From positions 2,496,001 through 2,560,000 of the forward strand of contig OZ246001.1 in the NCBI GenBank assembly GCA_965230295.1: a stretch of DNA of 64,000 nt, given 5' to 3'. The number at the start of each line of letters is the position of its first letter. Within the stretch, counting starts at the first letter, position 1. The translations under genes and the position numbers were made by a program. Below the pieces are notes generated by a model. It was not told where the DNA came from and made no database searches. It saw only the letters and a list, made by a program, of their open reading frames with translations. Origin of the DNA: Marinicella sp. (GTDB lineage Bacteria; Pseudomonadota; Gammaproteobacteria; Xanthomonadales; Marinicellaceae). This document shows positions 27,808-38,928 of the stretch, piece by piece.

Positions 27808-28375
27808 ATTGATATTGGCTTCTTCCTCTCGGTACCGTGCCGAATCGTTGCGCCGCTTTAATGTGCCATTTGTTGCGATCAATCCTGATATCGATGAAAC
27901 TCAGCAGGCGGGCGAATCTCCGCAACAATTGGTTGTGCGTCTGGCGGAAGAAAAGGCTCGGGCCGTTTCACAGAACCATCCTCAAACCACTGTCATTGGT
28001 TCAGACCAAGTGTGTTCGTTTGCTGGAAAGACCTGTGGCAAGCCGCACACCAAGGACAACGCAGTTAAACAGCTGCAATTATTTTCTGACAATTGTATCG
28101 ATTTCTTTACAGGCTTATGTGTGATCACTGCTGATGGCGCAGTCATGACCCATGTGGATCATACAGTGGTTGAGTTTCGACGGTTGCAGACAGAAGAAAT
28201 AAACCGCTATGTTGATACTGAGCAACCTCTGGATTGTGCGGGTTCATTCAAGACGGAATCTTTGGGCCTAAGTTTATTCAAGTCCATCCATTCTTCTGAT
28301 CCCAGTGCTTTGATTGGTCTGCCGTTGATCAAGTTGGGGTCGTATTTACGGATGGCAGGTTATGCCATACCCTGA
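27800..28375 (+). CDS. yceF: Maf-family nucleotide pyrophosphatase (YceF subtype)
   Basis: LILASSSRYR, IGSDQV, DCAGSFK.E.LG, LIGLPLI; GTG start inferred. Confidence 0.88.
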   Translation: MNELILASSSRYRAESLRRFNVPFVAINPDIDETQQAGESPQQLVVRLAEEKARAVSQNHPQTTVIGSDQVCSFAGKTCGKPHTKDNAVKQLQLFSDNCIDFFTGLCVITADGAVMTHVDHTVVEFRRLQTEEINRYVDTEQPLDCAGSFKTESLGLSLFKSIHSSDPSALIGLPLIKLGSYLRMAGYAIP

Positions 28376-28401
28376 ATTGTAAGCACAATTCAAGGTATGG
28401 C
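28363..28401. terminator. Hairpin between convergent genes
   Basis: GCCATACC.TGAATTGT...ACAATTCA.GGTATGGC. Confidence 0.6.
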
Positions 28402-28418
28402 CAGTAGTTATTAAACGA

Positions 28419-30443
28419 TCAATCAAAGTTGTCAGCAAAAATCAAATCAGTACATTGAGCGATTTGTTCAGGGTTGACGGTGATGTGAAAGGCCGAGTTG
28501 GGTAGCATGTCACTTAAATCCTGGTTGTAGATGGACCATTGACCTGCCTCATAATAAACACCTATGGGCGCATTATTAAAGACTCCCTGGTCTGCACTTT
28601 GGGTGACTTGCAGTTCAGCACAAGCAACACCATTGATCAACGGGTTATCAATATAAGTCACCTGACTAAAGGTGTTGGCAGGAGATGCCACATGCCGCCA
28701 GGCACTTTTACTGGGCGCTTGGCTGTACACATTGAAGTTGCTGTTGACTGGCATGTTGCTTAAATCGAAATTGGCAATCAACCATGAACCGGAAAAATAC
28801 AACACGCCAAATGGATGTGGGTTATAGACACCAGTCCAGTGTTGAGTCACTTGAACTATGCGATCACTCTGATTATTTAAGCTGATATGATCAATGATGG
28901 TGTTGTTGATCCCGCCGGAAGTGGAAGTGTGCTCAAATGTGTTGTTGACAGTGCCATATTTGTGGACATTGAATGTTGCATTCGGTTCAAAACTGGTGGT
29001 CCCTTCATTGAATATTCGCCACAGGCCATTGAAATAATAAATGGCTTCATTCTCATTGTTATAGACACCTGAGCCGCCCGGAGGATTCCAGTTTGAAGTG
29101 ATGTGAAGGTCATTCAGACCGCTGTTACCATTGAGTACAGGGTTGTCCACAATGCTGATAAAACCACTGGTGTCAGTGACATGGTTGAAATACAGGTCAC
29201 CAGTTTCATAAGCACCCACATCTACTTGTTGTGCACCGACGCTGTCATTGCCTTTCTTAACCCGGACGGTTCCATCGGCATCTACATATGGTGAGGCACC
29301 CAAGGCCAATAAGGCCACAGAATTTCCGGCCTCAATAGCAGGAGAATCCGGTCTGAGGCGTGCATTTTGCAAGCCCATTATCATTGGGTTGGAGGTGATG
29401 TGATTGGGACCAGGGGTGAAGTCAGGGTCGGTAAATGGATTCATGTAAGACAAATTGTAGTCATTGGTGATGGCGGTTGCGCTGTCAGTATAAACGCCGG
29501 CGCTGCCAAATGCCATGAGGTTGTTGTACAGATAGACATCCAAGGTGCCGGTACCAGATTCGTCGAAATTAAAGGCATCAAAAGCACCGATTGAAGTGTT
29601 GTTAACGATGTCAATGTTGCTGGTTCCGGTATTGGCTTGAACAAAGACACCTCGGAAAGATTCGGTCACATTGGGGTTTCTATAAAATGCATTGTTGCCG
29701 ATATCCAGGTCAGTGAGACCGCTGCCGGTTCCGGTGCGATAAGAAAAAATTCCACTGGTGTTGCCACCCCAAATTTCGTTGCCTGCGATATCAAGGTTGA
29801 CTTCCGTATCCGTATAGCCAACGATGCCGATGCCGATAGAATCGGGGCCTGAAGTGACCACGTGGTTGTTGTACACCCGTCCGGTTGTGGTACCAGTCGA
29901 TGTGGTAGAAGCGTTGAACCCTGTCCTGACTCTGATGGCCCCTCTTTCATTGCTTGATGAAGTGGTGGTGGCGTAGGTGACTTGGTTGTAGTCTACGTTG
30001 ATGGTCAGAGTTTGACTTGATTGATTCAAAATTCTGATACTTTCGGAAGTAAAGGAATTGCCTAATATGGTGTTTCTTCTGACATTCAAGGAAGCGCCAG
30101 CAGTTGATCCAGATTGGTGGTTATAAGCAATCCGTCCTTGATTAAGGGTCAAGCCTTCGATGATGATGGTCCTGTTCGTTGACGCCACGTTTGTCATTTC
30201 TATGTGTCTGCCAGGGGCAAACTTAGGTTTATACCCATTGCCAGCTATCAAAGAGACTGGGTTAAAGGTGGTAATGGTTTCATCGATGGTGTTGCTGGTG
30301 TTGATGAAAATGGTCTCAAATGTCGGACTGCCTTCAACACAGGCTTGTAGCGTGGTGTTACATGGTGCTGCACCACCTGGCCAATTGGCAGCGTCAACCC
30401 ACTGAGGAAGCGTTATTGAGATTAATAAAATTAAGTATTTCAT
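28419..30443 (-). CDS. Secreted beta-helix protein with three C-terminal ~80-aa repeats and a DLIFADNFD tail
   Basis: Signal peptide; N/T/G-rich beta-helix; LRPDSPAIEAG...DVGAYE; three H...ID(N/H)..LN...GV(Y/F)N...W.I.N repeats. Confidence 0.8.
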   Translation of the reverse strand: MKYLILLISITLPQWVDAANWPGGAAPCNTTLQACVEGSPTFETIFINTSNTIDETITTFNPVSLIAGNGYKPKFAPGRHIEMTNVASTNRTIIIEGLTLNQGRIAYNHQSGSTAGASLNVRRNTILGNSFTSESIRILNQSSQTLTINVDYNQVTYATTTSSSNERGAIRVRTGFNASTTSTGTTTGRVYNNHVVTSGPDSIGIGIVGYTDTEVNLDIAGNEIWGGNTSGIFSYRTGTGSGLTDLDIGNNAFYRNPNVTESFRGVFVQANTGTSNIDIVNNTSIGAFDAFNFDESGTGTLDVYLYNNLMAFGSAGVYTDSATAITNDYNLSYMNPFTDPDFTPGPNHITSNPMIMGLQNARLRPDSPAIEAGNSVALLALGASPYVDADGTVRVKKGNDSVGAQQVDVGAYETGDLYFNHVTDTSGFISIVDNPVLNGNSGLNDLHITSNWNPPGGSGVYNNENEAIYYFNGLWRIFNEGTTSFEPNATFNVHKYGTVNNTFEHTSTSGGINNTIIDHISLNNQSDRIVQVTQHWTGVYNPHPFGVLYFSGSWLIANFDLSNMPVNSNFNVYSQAPSKSAWRHVASPANTFSQVTYIDNPLINGVACAELQVTQSADQGVFNNAPIGVYYEAGQWSIYNQDLSDMLPNSAFHITVNPEQIAQCTDLIFADNFD

Positions 30444-30552
30444 GATGTTCTCTTTAAATTTAAAATGATGTATTCATTACATTCGGTTTATCCACAAAAT
30501 ACATGACAACTGAAACTGAATTATTTTTCCAAGCCAATATCAGGAGCCAACA

Positions 30553-31959
30553 TTGAATAAGTATTTCAATGGTTTGTTGTTGGTATTCATGTGGTTGCTG
30601 GTGTGGATGTTTTCCCATGATTATGTCAGTCAGGGAATCAATGACCGCAATCAAACCAGAGCCGACTTGATAGCTGATAACCGCTTGAATTATCAATGGT
30701 CTTTTCAGGGCGATGAAGACATTGTCACCAGCTTCAGAGGTGATTGGAGTGTGACAAAACAAGGTGTTACCTCATTGGTTAAGCAACCAGAAATTTCGCT
30801 GTATATGAATGGCAACATCATTGACCCCAAATTACATGGGTTTTTACAGCTTGGCTTTGAAGAAATGCCGGCCTCTGGTACTTTCAAAATTGAAGTATCA
30901 GATCAACGCAAACGGCTGTTTTTTGATTCTCCCAACTTAGCCATGGAGTCGAAAGAACAAACATTGTCGCTGAGTGGATTGACATGGTACCCTAATGATT
31001 CCAGTTCATCCAATCATGCTCCTGTTGAAAAATCATGGCAGGAACTGGGGACACTGGATGCCCTGGTGATCAGATTTTACTTCGATGAGCCAGACAGGTT
31101 GACTTTGAAATCAGTTGGCATCAAACAAAACGCAGAAAATCCCACCCCTGGTCAACAACCGGTAGCCTGTGTCTCTTTGACCTCATCGACATGGGGATGC
31201 CATGTGAGTAACCACATGGTGTACTTAAATCAAAATAGACAACGCACAGATTTGACTCAACACTTGATCATCAACCCAGTCAGTGATTTGCCACCCATTT
31301 GGTGGTTACTGTTAGCAGCTGTTGTGGGTCTGATTTTGGCCGGTAATTTCAGGTCTAAAGAACAGGCTGGCACAGCTTATCGGTTTGGATTTGATGTTTT
31401 GGGATTGACGCTGACGGTTTTGGTTGTTGTCTGGTGTTTAAGTCAATCTTGGTTGTTGCCGATCGGTGATTACATCATGACCCTGATGGTTGTCATGTTT
31501 GTTGTCCTTTTCTTCGTGTACATTGACAGTTTTAAATGGCCCGCGCAATCAGCCGTTCCAGTCTGGTTAATCAGTCTGATATTGGGAGCCATCTTGTGGT
31601 TTGTGTCGGGCGAGTCGTTTGGTTATTTAAACCAATTCCCGTCATACTTCCTGTGGGCTTGTTTGCAGCAGTTGGTACTTGGTCCTGTTGTCAGTACATT
31701 TGTTTACCAAAGAACCGGGCAATCTAAGCTGGTGTCCGCATGTTATGTGGGTGTTTTATTTTCAATGATTCATGCACCCAACCATAGCTTGATGTTGGCA
31801 ACTTTGGTCTCAGGAATTGCCTGGTCATTCAGTTGGCTACATTTCAAAAATTTGTATGCCAACAGTTTTTCTCACGCCTTGTTGGCGCTGACTTTTTACC
31901 AAGCCATGCCCGTCATGTGGTTGGGTTCTGCTCGTGTTGGTGTATTTTTTATCAGTTGA
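30553..31959 (+). CDS. Membrane protein with a periplasmic domain and a C-terminal CPBP/Abi-like module
   Basis: WACLQQ, FSMIHAPN and HALL motifs in a multi-TM C-terminus. Confidence 0.7.
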   Translation: MNKYFNGLLLVFMWLLVWMFSHDYVSQGINDRNQTRADLIADNRLNYQWSFQGDEDIVTSFRGDWSVTKQGVTSLVKQPEISLYMNGNIIDPKLHGFLQLGFEEMPASGTFKIEVSDQRKRLFFDSPNLAMESKEQTLSLSGLTWYPNDSSSSNHAPVEKSWQELGTLDALVIRFYFDEPDRLTLKSVGIKQNAENPTPGQQPVACVSLTSSTWGCHVSNHMVYLNQNRQRTDLTQHLIINPVSDLPPIWWLLLAAVVGLILAGNFRSKEQAGTAYRFGFDVLGLTLTVLVVVWCLSQSWLLPIGDYIMTLMVVMFVVLFFVYIDSFKWPAQSAVPVWLISLILGAILWFVSGESFGYLNQFPSYFLWACLQQLVLGPVVSTFVYQRTGQSKLVSACYVGVLFSMIHAPNHSLMLATLVSGIAWSFSWLHFKNLYANSFSHALLALTFYQAMPVMWLGSARVGVFFIS

Positions 31960-31965
31960 TTCGAT

Positions 31966-32538
31966 TCAATCGCGGAGCTTTTTCGCCATTTTGGCCATTC
32001 TTTTTCCCTGGGCCAGACACAGTTGTTTTTCATTCTGGTCAATACCACGATTGGATTCAATTTCGGCCCAATGCGTGGCGCCATAGGGTGATCCACCAGA
32101 TTGGGTATATAACAACGATTTTTCAGAATAGGGCAGTCCGACGACCACCATGCCAAAATGTAACAAGGGTATCATCATGTTAATCAAAGTGGTTTCTTGT
32201 CCGCCATGTAATGAGGATGCAGTGGCAAAAACCCCGCCAGGTTTACCTTCCATGGCACCAGAAAACCAGAGGTTGCCAGTGGTGTCGATGAATTTTTTCA
32301 GTGGGGAGGCCATGTTGCCAAAATAACTGGGACTGCCAAGAAGCAAACCATCACAATCAATCATGTCTTGTTCTGTTACCAATACCTCATCGGGTTCAAC
32401 CGCATCCGGTAAATCTGATTCAACGGTGCGCAACATGGCTTCGCAGCCTTCCACAGACTCGATTCCACGAGCCATCAACCGGGCCATTCTTTGGGTGTTG
32501 CCACGTTTTGAATAGTACAACACCAGTATTTTGGTCAT
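31966..32538 (-). CDS. wrbA: NAD(P)H:quinone oxidoreductase WrbA
   Basis: LYYS..GNT, LGSPSYFGNM, SLHGGQETT, GGSPYGA. Confidence 0.92.
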   Translation of the reverse strand: MTKILVLYYSKRGNTQRMARLMARGIESVEGCEAMLRTVESDLPDAVEPDEVLVTEQDMIDCDGLLLGSPSYFGNMASPLKKFIDTTGNLWFSGAMEGKPGGVFATASSLHGGQETTLINMMIPLLHFGMVVVGLPYSEKSLLYTQSGGSPYGATHWAEIESNRGIDQNEKQLCLAQGKRMAKMAKKLRD

Positions 32539-32885
32539 GACCACAGCTCCAGCACATTTTCAGGCGGCCTGCCGATGACTGCTTTGCCTTGATAAGACAC
32601 GATGGGTCGTTCTAACACTTTGGGATATTGATGCAGTAGGCTGATGAGTTGATCATCAGTTTGTGCTTCAGCAAAACCGTGTTCTTTGTACGCTGCCTCA
32701 TTTTTTCTGAGGATTTCGCTGGCTGACAAGTTCAATTCAGACAGCAGTATTTTGAGTTCAGCTTCAGATGGTGGCGTGTCCAGGTATTTGATCACTTCGA
32801 TGTCTGATTGGTGGGCCTCAATGATGGCTAAAGTGGCTCTTGATTTGGAGCATCTTGGGTTGTGGTATATGGTTATTTTTGGCAT
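32535..32885 (-). CDS. arsC: Arsenate reductase (glutaredoxin-type ArsC family)
   Basis: IYHNPRCSKSR, LERPIV, IGRPPE. Confidence 0.92.
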   Translation of the reverse strand: MPKITIYHNPRCSKSRATLAIIEAHQSDIEVIKYLDTPPSEAELKILLSELNLSASEILRKNEAAYKEHGFAEAQTDDQLISLLHQYPKVLERPIVSYQGKAVIGRPPENVLELWS

Positions 32886-32982
32886 ATGGATTCTGTTGTA
32901 TGAAGGGCTCAAAAGCGCTCATTTTAAGCTATAATAACGGGCTTGTCATGCCGCCACTATACACTGTAAATGTCAAAAAAAG

Positions 32983-33258
32983 ATGAATGATCACAATCAC
33001 ACAGCCAAACAAATTGAACAAGCCCTGATGGCGTGGGGAGCACAGTCTGTTTCAGTCACTGATAATTCACATCTGCATGTCGGCCACGAAGGTGCCAAAT
33101 CCGGTGGAGGTCATTTCGCTGTGGTGGTGGTATCCGATGAGTTCGAAGGTTTGAACAGAATTAAAAGCCACCGTTTGGTTTACCAGCAATTGAATGACTT
33201 GTTTCAAAGCGGCCTCATTCATGCGCTGGAGGTTGAGGCGCAATTGCCGCAGGAATGA
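32983..33258 (+). CDS. bolA: BolA-family protein
   Basis: SHLHVGH.GA..GGGHF...VVS..FEG...HRLVY...IHAL. Confidence 0.92.
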   Translation: MNDHNHTAKQIEQALMAWGAQSVSVTDNSHLHVGHEGAKSGGGHFAVVVVSDEFEGLNRIKSHRLVYQQLNDLFQSGLIHALEVEAQLPQE

Positions 33259-33283
33259 CCAAACACATAACCGAGGATTGAAT

Positions 33284-34096
33284 ATGAAATATGTTGCCCT
33301 GATACCTGTTCTGATGTTGTTTTTTGGCCTCAGTGCGTGTCAAGACAGTGGAACAGGCCAGGCCATTGAAGATGATTCAAAGGTACTGGCGACTGTGGGG
33401 ACGTATCAAGTGACTCAAGCATACCTGAATGCTTATTTACAAGCCAAAGGCGTCAAACAAGCTGATCAACAACAAGCTGCTCAAGCACTGGATGAAGTCA
33501 TCAAAATGCTGTCATTAGGTCATCAGGCGGAACAATCAGGCATGCAGTTGTCATTGGATCAGTCACTGCGCATTGAACAAACCAGGCATCGGGCCATGGC
33601 ACAAGTGGCCATGGAGCAGTATTTGTTGGACAAGCCAGTGACCGAAGAGGACATCAAGGCAGAATACCAACGGGTCACTGCAGCGCTTCAGGGACAAGAG
33701 TATCACGTACACCATATGTTATTTAATGATGAAGTACCGGCTTTATCAGCCTTGGACCAATTGGCATCGGGCGAAAATTATTTGGCCATTGAACAACAAT
33801 ACTTGGGTGGTTTAGAAAGCCCGAAAAATGTGGGTGACATTGGTTGGGTCAACATCATGCAAGTGCCCGAAGTGTTCCGAGGACCTTTGCAGTCTTTGCA
33901 AGCAGGGCAGTTCCACCCAACCGCATTACAAAGTCAGTTTGGTGTTCATGTATTGTATTTGGCGGATAAAAGACCGTTAACGCCACCAGATTATGAGGCT
34001 GTTAAAGCAGGTATCAAACAGTCCTTAGAAAAAGAAAAACTGGATCGGTATCAACAGTTGGCTGTGATCAAGTCAAAGGCCAAAATAGTTAAGTAA
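33284..34096 (+). CDS. PpiC-type peptidyl-prolyl isomerase lipoprotein
   Basis: Lipobox LSAC; EYHVHHML, GDIGW, SQFGVHV. Confidence 0.88.
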   Translation: MKYVALIPVLMLFFGLSACQDSGTGQAIEDDSKVLATVGTYQVTQAYLNAYLQAKGVKQADQQQAAQALDEVIKMLSLGHQAEQSGMQLSLDQSLRIEQTRHRAMAQVAMEQYLLDKPVTEEDIKAEYQRVTAALQGQEYHVHHMLFNDEVPALSALDQLASGENYLAIEQQYLGGLESPKNVGDIGWVNIMQVPEVFRGPLQSLQAGQFHPTALQSQFGVHVLYLADKRPLTPPDYEAVKAGIKQSLEKEKLDRYQQLAVIKSKAKIVK

Positions 34097-34401
34097 AACA
34101 ATAACATAAACCCAAAAAAAAGACCTCAAGAAGGGATGCTCTTGGGACTTCATTCTGGTTCATGGTCTGACAGGTCTTCATATTTGCTGCGCAAATAAAC
34201 CGACCTTTACAGACTATTGTCTGAGCAGTTGCTTCGCACTGCATGTCTGTTTCTGACAAAGATGAAAGCGGCCACGGCGAGCATAAATTGCCTCCTCGGG
34301 CTTGCTCTCTCTGATTCGCTATCGCTGCTCACCAACCAAGTGCAGCAGCAGAGCTGTTAATCAGCTCTACAGTGGCCTTTTCTTTGACTTGGCGTGTTGT
34401 A

Positions 34402-36219
34402 TTAATTCAAATCCATAAAACTGCGCAGCTGTTCTGAACGACTGGGGTGTCTCAGTTTACGCAAAGCCTTGGCTTCGATTTGTCGGATCCTTTCACGGGT
34501 CACATCGAACTGCTTGCCCACTTCTTCAAGCGTGTGGTCGGTGTTCATGTCAATCCCAAAACGCATGCGCAACACTTTTGCTTCTCTGGGGGTTAAGCCT
34601 GATAACAGGTTGGTCACGGTGTTGGTTAAGCCGTTGGCAGTGGTTGATTCCAATGGCGATAAGATGTTGCCGTCTTCAATAAAGTCTCCCAAGCTGGAAT
34701 CTTCATCATCACCAATCGGGGTCTCCATCGAAATGGGTTGTTTGGCAATCTTAATCACTTTACGGACTTTACCAACAGGCATTTCCATCACTTCTGCAAT
34801 TTCTTCAGGGGTGGCTTCACGTCCTTTTTCCTGTAACAGTTGGCGCGAAACGCGGTTCAGTTTGTTGATGGTTTCAATCATGTGTACTGGAATACGAATG
34901 GTTCGGGCCTGATCTGCAATAGAGCGTGTGATGGCCTGTCTGATCCACCAGGTGGCATAGGTTGAAAATTTATAACCACGGCGGTATTCAAATTTTTCAA
35001 CGGCTTTCATCAAACCAATGTTGCCTTCTTGAATCAGATCAAGGAATTGTAATCCGCGGTTGGTGTATTTTTTCGCAATCGAAATCACCAGTCGCAAGTT
35101 CGCTTCAATCATCTCTTTTTTCGCACGCCTTGATTTGGCTTCATTCACAGTGACATTCCTGTTGATGGCTTTGATCTCTGGAATCAGCAAAGTATAGGCT
35201 TGTTCGATGCGAATCAATTTGTTTTGTAGTGCGATGATCTCGTCTTTGTAGATTTCCAACATGGTGACTGAATCACCGCCATCTTTGATGCGGTCATCGA
35301 CCCAGTTCAGATCTGTTTCCTTGTTCATGAAAGAACGGATGAACACCTGCCTGGTCAATTTACATTGAGTCACTGCGATGTCTAAAATGCGACGCTCAAT
35401 CTTTCTGATTTCATCTTGTGCAGATTTCACATCAAAAATAATGTCCTGCATGGTAATCGGTGCAAATTTAAACTCCACCAATATGTCAGCAATCTGACGC
35501 ATGAAGTTTTTCTGTTTGGTGTCACCAATGCCCGCTTTATCCACCGAAGTGGTGAATTTTTTGAATAATTTTTCCACGGCCTTGATGCGTTTGGTCACTT
35601 CATCCATATCCAGGCCTTGATCGACTTCCTCTTCTTCCTCATCTTCAGTTTCATCCACTGGGTCAGTGGGCTTTTTGACTTTAGGAATCACCGCTTCGGT
35701 GTGAGGATCATAAATATCCGTGATGAATTGTTCAATCTTCAAGTCTTCGTTGAGCATGTCCTGGTAATACTCAAGGATGGTCTTGATGGTGTGCGGGAAT
35801 AAGAAGGCCGATTCCATAATCAGGTGGTCACAGCGCTCAATGCGCTGGGCAATGGCAATCTCATCTTTTCGTTCCAGCAGCTCTACAGAGCCCATTTCTC
35901 GCATGTACATCCTGACAGGATCGGTGGTTCGACCGATGCTGGGATCTACAGCTGACAATACGGCCACCGCTTCTTCAGTGGCGGTTTCATCATCTTCTTT
36001 GGCTGTTGAGTCGTTGAGGATGATGCTGTCTTCCTCTGGCGCTTCTTCCAGCACTTGAATGCCCATGTCATTGATCATCTGGATGATGTCTTCAACTGAA
36101 TCAGTTTCAATGATGTCGTCCGGTAAGTGGTCATTAACCTCAGCATATGTGAGGTAGCCTTGTTCCTTACCTTTGAGGATCAAGAGTTTGATTTGTGAAG
36201 TTTGTTTTTCAGTTGCCAT
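34402..36219 (-). CDS. rpoD: RNA polymerase sigma-70 factor
   Basis: [47 protein letters not shown]. Confidence 0.99.
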   Translation of the reverse strand: MATEKQTSQIKLLILKGKEQGYLTYAEVNDHLPDDIIETDSVEDIIQMINDMGIQVLEEAPEEDSIILNDSTAKEDDETATEEAVAVLSAVDPSIGRTTDPVRMYMREMGSVELLERKDEIAIAQRIERCDHLIMESAFLFPHTIKTILEYYQDMLNEDLKIEQFITDIYDPHTEAVIPKVKKPTDPVDETEDEEEEEVDQGLDMDEVTKRIKAVEKLFKKFTTSVDKAGIGDTKQKNFMRQIADILVEFKFAPITMQDIIFDVKSAQDEIRKIERRILDIAVTQCKLTRQVFIRSFMNKETDLNWVDDRIKDGGDSVTMLEIYKDEIIALQNKLIRIEQAYTLLIPEIKAINRNVTVNEAKSRRAKKEMIEANLRLVISIAKKYTNRGLQFLDLIQEGNIGLMKAVEKFEYRRGYKFSTYATWWIRQAITRSIADQARTIRIPVHMIETINKLNRVSRQLLQEKGREATPEEIAEVMEMPVGKVRKVIKIAKQPISMETPIGDDEDSSLGDFIEDGNILSPLESTTANGLTNTVTNLLSGLTPREAKVLRMRFGIDMNTDHTLEEVGKQFDVTRERIRQIEAKALRKLRHPSRSEQLRSFMDLN

Positions 36220-36229
36220 ATCGTATTTT

Positions 36230-37927
36230 CTATTCTTTGGTTTTTAGGCGCAAAAGTTGCACCAGGGTTTGTTTTTCAGCGTTGCTTAAACCTGATTGCA
36301 TTTGTTTCTGTCTTAAATGTTCGATTCGCACTTGAGAAGTTTGTTTTTGCAAAAAACTCATGATGTCATCAAATTCCAGGTGTTTTTGTTGTTCGTCCAA
36401 GTGATCGTACAACCGCATTAAATGCCCTAAATACCGATTGTACTCAGAATCCCTGAAATGTTCCATCATCGCCGCTGCATTGATTTGGGGGTTCTGGCGA
36501 TGAATTTCAACGATTTTATCAATTATTTCAATGCCTTTAAACGATAAAATGCTGAAGTTGATGTCATTGGGGATTTTTTCACATAATTGTGGTGAATTTA
36601 ATAATAAGCTGATGACTTTCCGCAGTGGGTTGTCATCCATTGAATTTGACTGAGTGGTTGGTTTTTTTGTTTGGTTGGATGGGGTTAGTGACATGCCAGT
36701 TATTTGTGCCACTTGGGCGGCCATCATTTTTTTGAATGCCCCTTTAGGTAACTGGTTGATGTAGGCTTTAGACTTTTCCTGCATCTGGGCTTTGCCGTCA
36801 ATACTGTTGGTGTTGATGTTGCGACCAATGATCTGTAGCAGAAATTCAGAAAGCGGTTTGGCTTGGCTGAGTATTTGTTTGAAGGCATCTGCACCTTGAT
36901 CGCTCACAAAACTGTCCGGATCCTCTCCTTGTGGTAGGAATAAAAAGTCGATGATTTTATTGTCCAGGTATAGTGGCAATGCCGTATTTAAGGCTTTTTC
37001 TGCTGCTTGAACCCCTGCGGCATCCCCATCGAAACAAAATACAATGCGGTCCCAAACTTTGAACAGGTTGCTGATGTGTTGCGCTGAAGTGGCGGTTCCC
37101 AAGGTGGCCACTGCGTTACAAATACCCTTTTCATGCAGCGCAATGACATCCATGTACCCTTCAACCACCAGGATGTGGTCTTCATTGCTGTGTTTGCGGG
37201 CCAAATGATAGCCATACAACTCATTGCCCTTGTGAAATAGATCAGTTTCTGGTGAGTTCAAGTATTTGGGTTTTTGGTCTGCTTCAATGGCCCGTCCACC
37301 AAAAGCAATCACCCTGCCACGTTTATCATGAATAGGAAACATCAGCCGGTTTCTGAATTTGTCGTATGTGCGTCCTTGATCGTTTTGTGTCGTCAACCCA
37401 GTTCGTTTCAATAATTCAGATTCGGTTTGATCAAACCTTTTCATCAGCCCGTCCCATTGATTCAAGGCATAGCCCAGTTGAAAAGTGTGGCTGGTGGTGC
37501 CCGATATTTGGCGGCCCTTAAGGTATTCAATGACTTGGGGAGCGGATTTGAGTTGCTGCTGATAGATGCGGGTGGTTTTCTCAGTCACCGCATATAAATT
37601 GGTTTTTGGCCGCTGACCAGCCTGGTTGGCTGACGCTGGAACTTCCATGCCTGCCAGTTGGGCCAGGTCTTTTACGGCATCAACAAAATCCAGACCCTCA
37701 TATTCCATCAAGAAGCCAATGGCACTGCCATTCTTGCCACAACCAAAACAATGGTAAAACTGTTTTTGTTGGCTGACTGTGAATGAGGGTGTGTTTTCGG
37801 CGTGGAAAGGGCATAAGCCCGCATAATCTTTGCCGGCTTTTTTCAATGACACGCGTGCGCCAACGACGTCACAAATGTCAATGCGATCAAGTAAAGAGTC
37901 TATGAATTCGTTGGGTATGGACGCCAC
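36230..37927 (-). CDS. dnaG: DNA primase
   Basis: CPFH...CFGC zinc finger, [22 protein letters not shown]. Confidence 0.99.
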   Translation of the reverse strand: MASIPNEFIDSLLDRIDICDVVGARVSLKKAGKDYAGLCPFHAENTPSFTVSQQKQFYHCFGCGKNGSAIGFLMEYEGLDFVDAVKDLAQLAGMEVPASANQAGQRPKTNLYAVTEKTTRIYQQQLKSAPQVIEYLKGRQISGTTSHTFQLGYALNQWDGLMKRFDQTESELLKRTGLTTQNDQGRTYDKFRNRLMFPIHDKRGRVIAFGGRAIEADQKPKYLNSPETDLFHKGNELYGYHLARKHSNEDHILVVEGYMDVIALHEKGICNAVATLGTATSAQHISNLFKVWDRIVFCFDGDAAGVQAAEKALNTALPLYLDNKIIDFLFLPQGEDPDSFVSDQGADAFKQILSQAKPLSEFLLQIIGRNINTNSIDGKAQMQEKSKAYINQLPKGAFKKMMAAQVAQITGMSLTPSNQTKKPTTQSNSMDDNPLRKVISLLLNSPQLCEKIPNDINFSILSFKGIEIIDKIVEIHRQNPQINAAAMMEHFRDSEYNRYLGHLMRLYDHLDEQQKHLEFDDIMSFLQKQTSQVRIEHLRQKQMQSGLSNAEKQTLVQLLRLKTKE

Positions 37928-37970
37928 TTTAATTACGCGGTCAAACCAATGATGATACTACAAATGTGGA

Positions 37971-38414
37971 TTATGACAAAGCCGCTTTGACAATTTGACT
38001 GACTTGGCCCATATCGGCCTGGCCAGCCACTTTGGCTTTTGCTAAGCCCATCACCTTACCCATGTCTTGCATCCCTGCAGCACCGGTTTCAGTGATGATC
38101 TCTTTGACCAAAGAGGTGACGGCTTCAGCTGAGAGTTGTTCTGGTAAATAGTTATTCAGGGTGTCAATCTCAGCCAATTCTTTATTTTGCAGGTCATCTC
38201 GTCCTGCTTGAGCAAACTGTTCCGCAGCATCCTTGCGTTGTTTGATCATTTTACTGACGATCGAAAGTACATCACTGTCACTTAATTCACGACGCTCATC
38301 CACTTCAACTTGTTTGATGGCAGCAGTGAGCATGCGAATGGTGCCAACGGTTTCTTTGTCCTTGGCTTTCATTGCGCTTTTGATGTCGTTCATGATTTGC
38401 GCTTTAAGCGACAT
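37971..38414 (-). CDS. GatB/YqeY-domain protein
   Basis: D.K.AMKAKD, KQ.EVD.R, YLP.QLS, DMGKVMG. Confidence 0.95.
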   Translation of the reverse strand: MSLKAQIMNDIKSAMKAKDKETVGTIRMLTAAIKQVEVDERRELSDSDVLSIVSKMIKQRKDAAEQFAQAGRDDLQNKELAEIDTLNNYLPEQLSAEAVTSLVKEIITETGAAGMQDMGKVMGLAKAKVAGQADMGQVSQIVKAALS

Positions 38415-38459
38415 GATGCATTTCCTGTGATCGATGTTTGGATATTGATAAAAAATTTA

Positions 38460-38672
38460 TCAATACATTCTGCGAGGAATACCTTCCTTTGCAACACGTC
38501 TTTGTAAACGTTTGACGGCCGCTGCTTTTTTGCGTTTTCTTTCTTGCGTTGGCTTCTCGTAATATTGACGTTTGCGTGATTCTGCTAATACACCGGCTTT
38601 TTCACAGGCGCGTTTGAATCGTCTTAAAGCGAAATCAAACGGTTCATTGTCTCTAACTTTTACACTAGGCAT
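38460..38672 (-). CDS. rpsU: 30S ribosomal protein S21
   Basis: [17 protein letters not shown]...YEKPT. Confidence 0.98.
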   Translation of the reverse strand: MPSVKVRDNEPFDFALRRFKRACEKAGVLAESRKRQYYEKPTQERKRKKAAAVKRLQRRVAKEGIPRRMY

Positions 38673-38928
38673 AAGTTTTGTGTCTCCAAATCGTTGCCAT
38701 TATTGGCTTTATCTGTATGTTTTAAGCGGCCCTCTGAGCTGCTCGGAAAAAGACCGCGTATTTTAAGGGTTTTGTGCCCAATTGCAAAGGTAAAATCAGT
38801 TTTTTTTGTGGGTCTGTCAATTTCTGTGAAATGAAACGGCCTCTGGCCCCAGGCGGTGGTATTGGTTGTTGTGATCAATTAAAATGCAAGGCAGCAAAAA
38901 ATTACGGGATTATACCTTATATATACGC

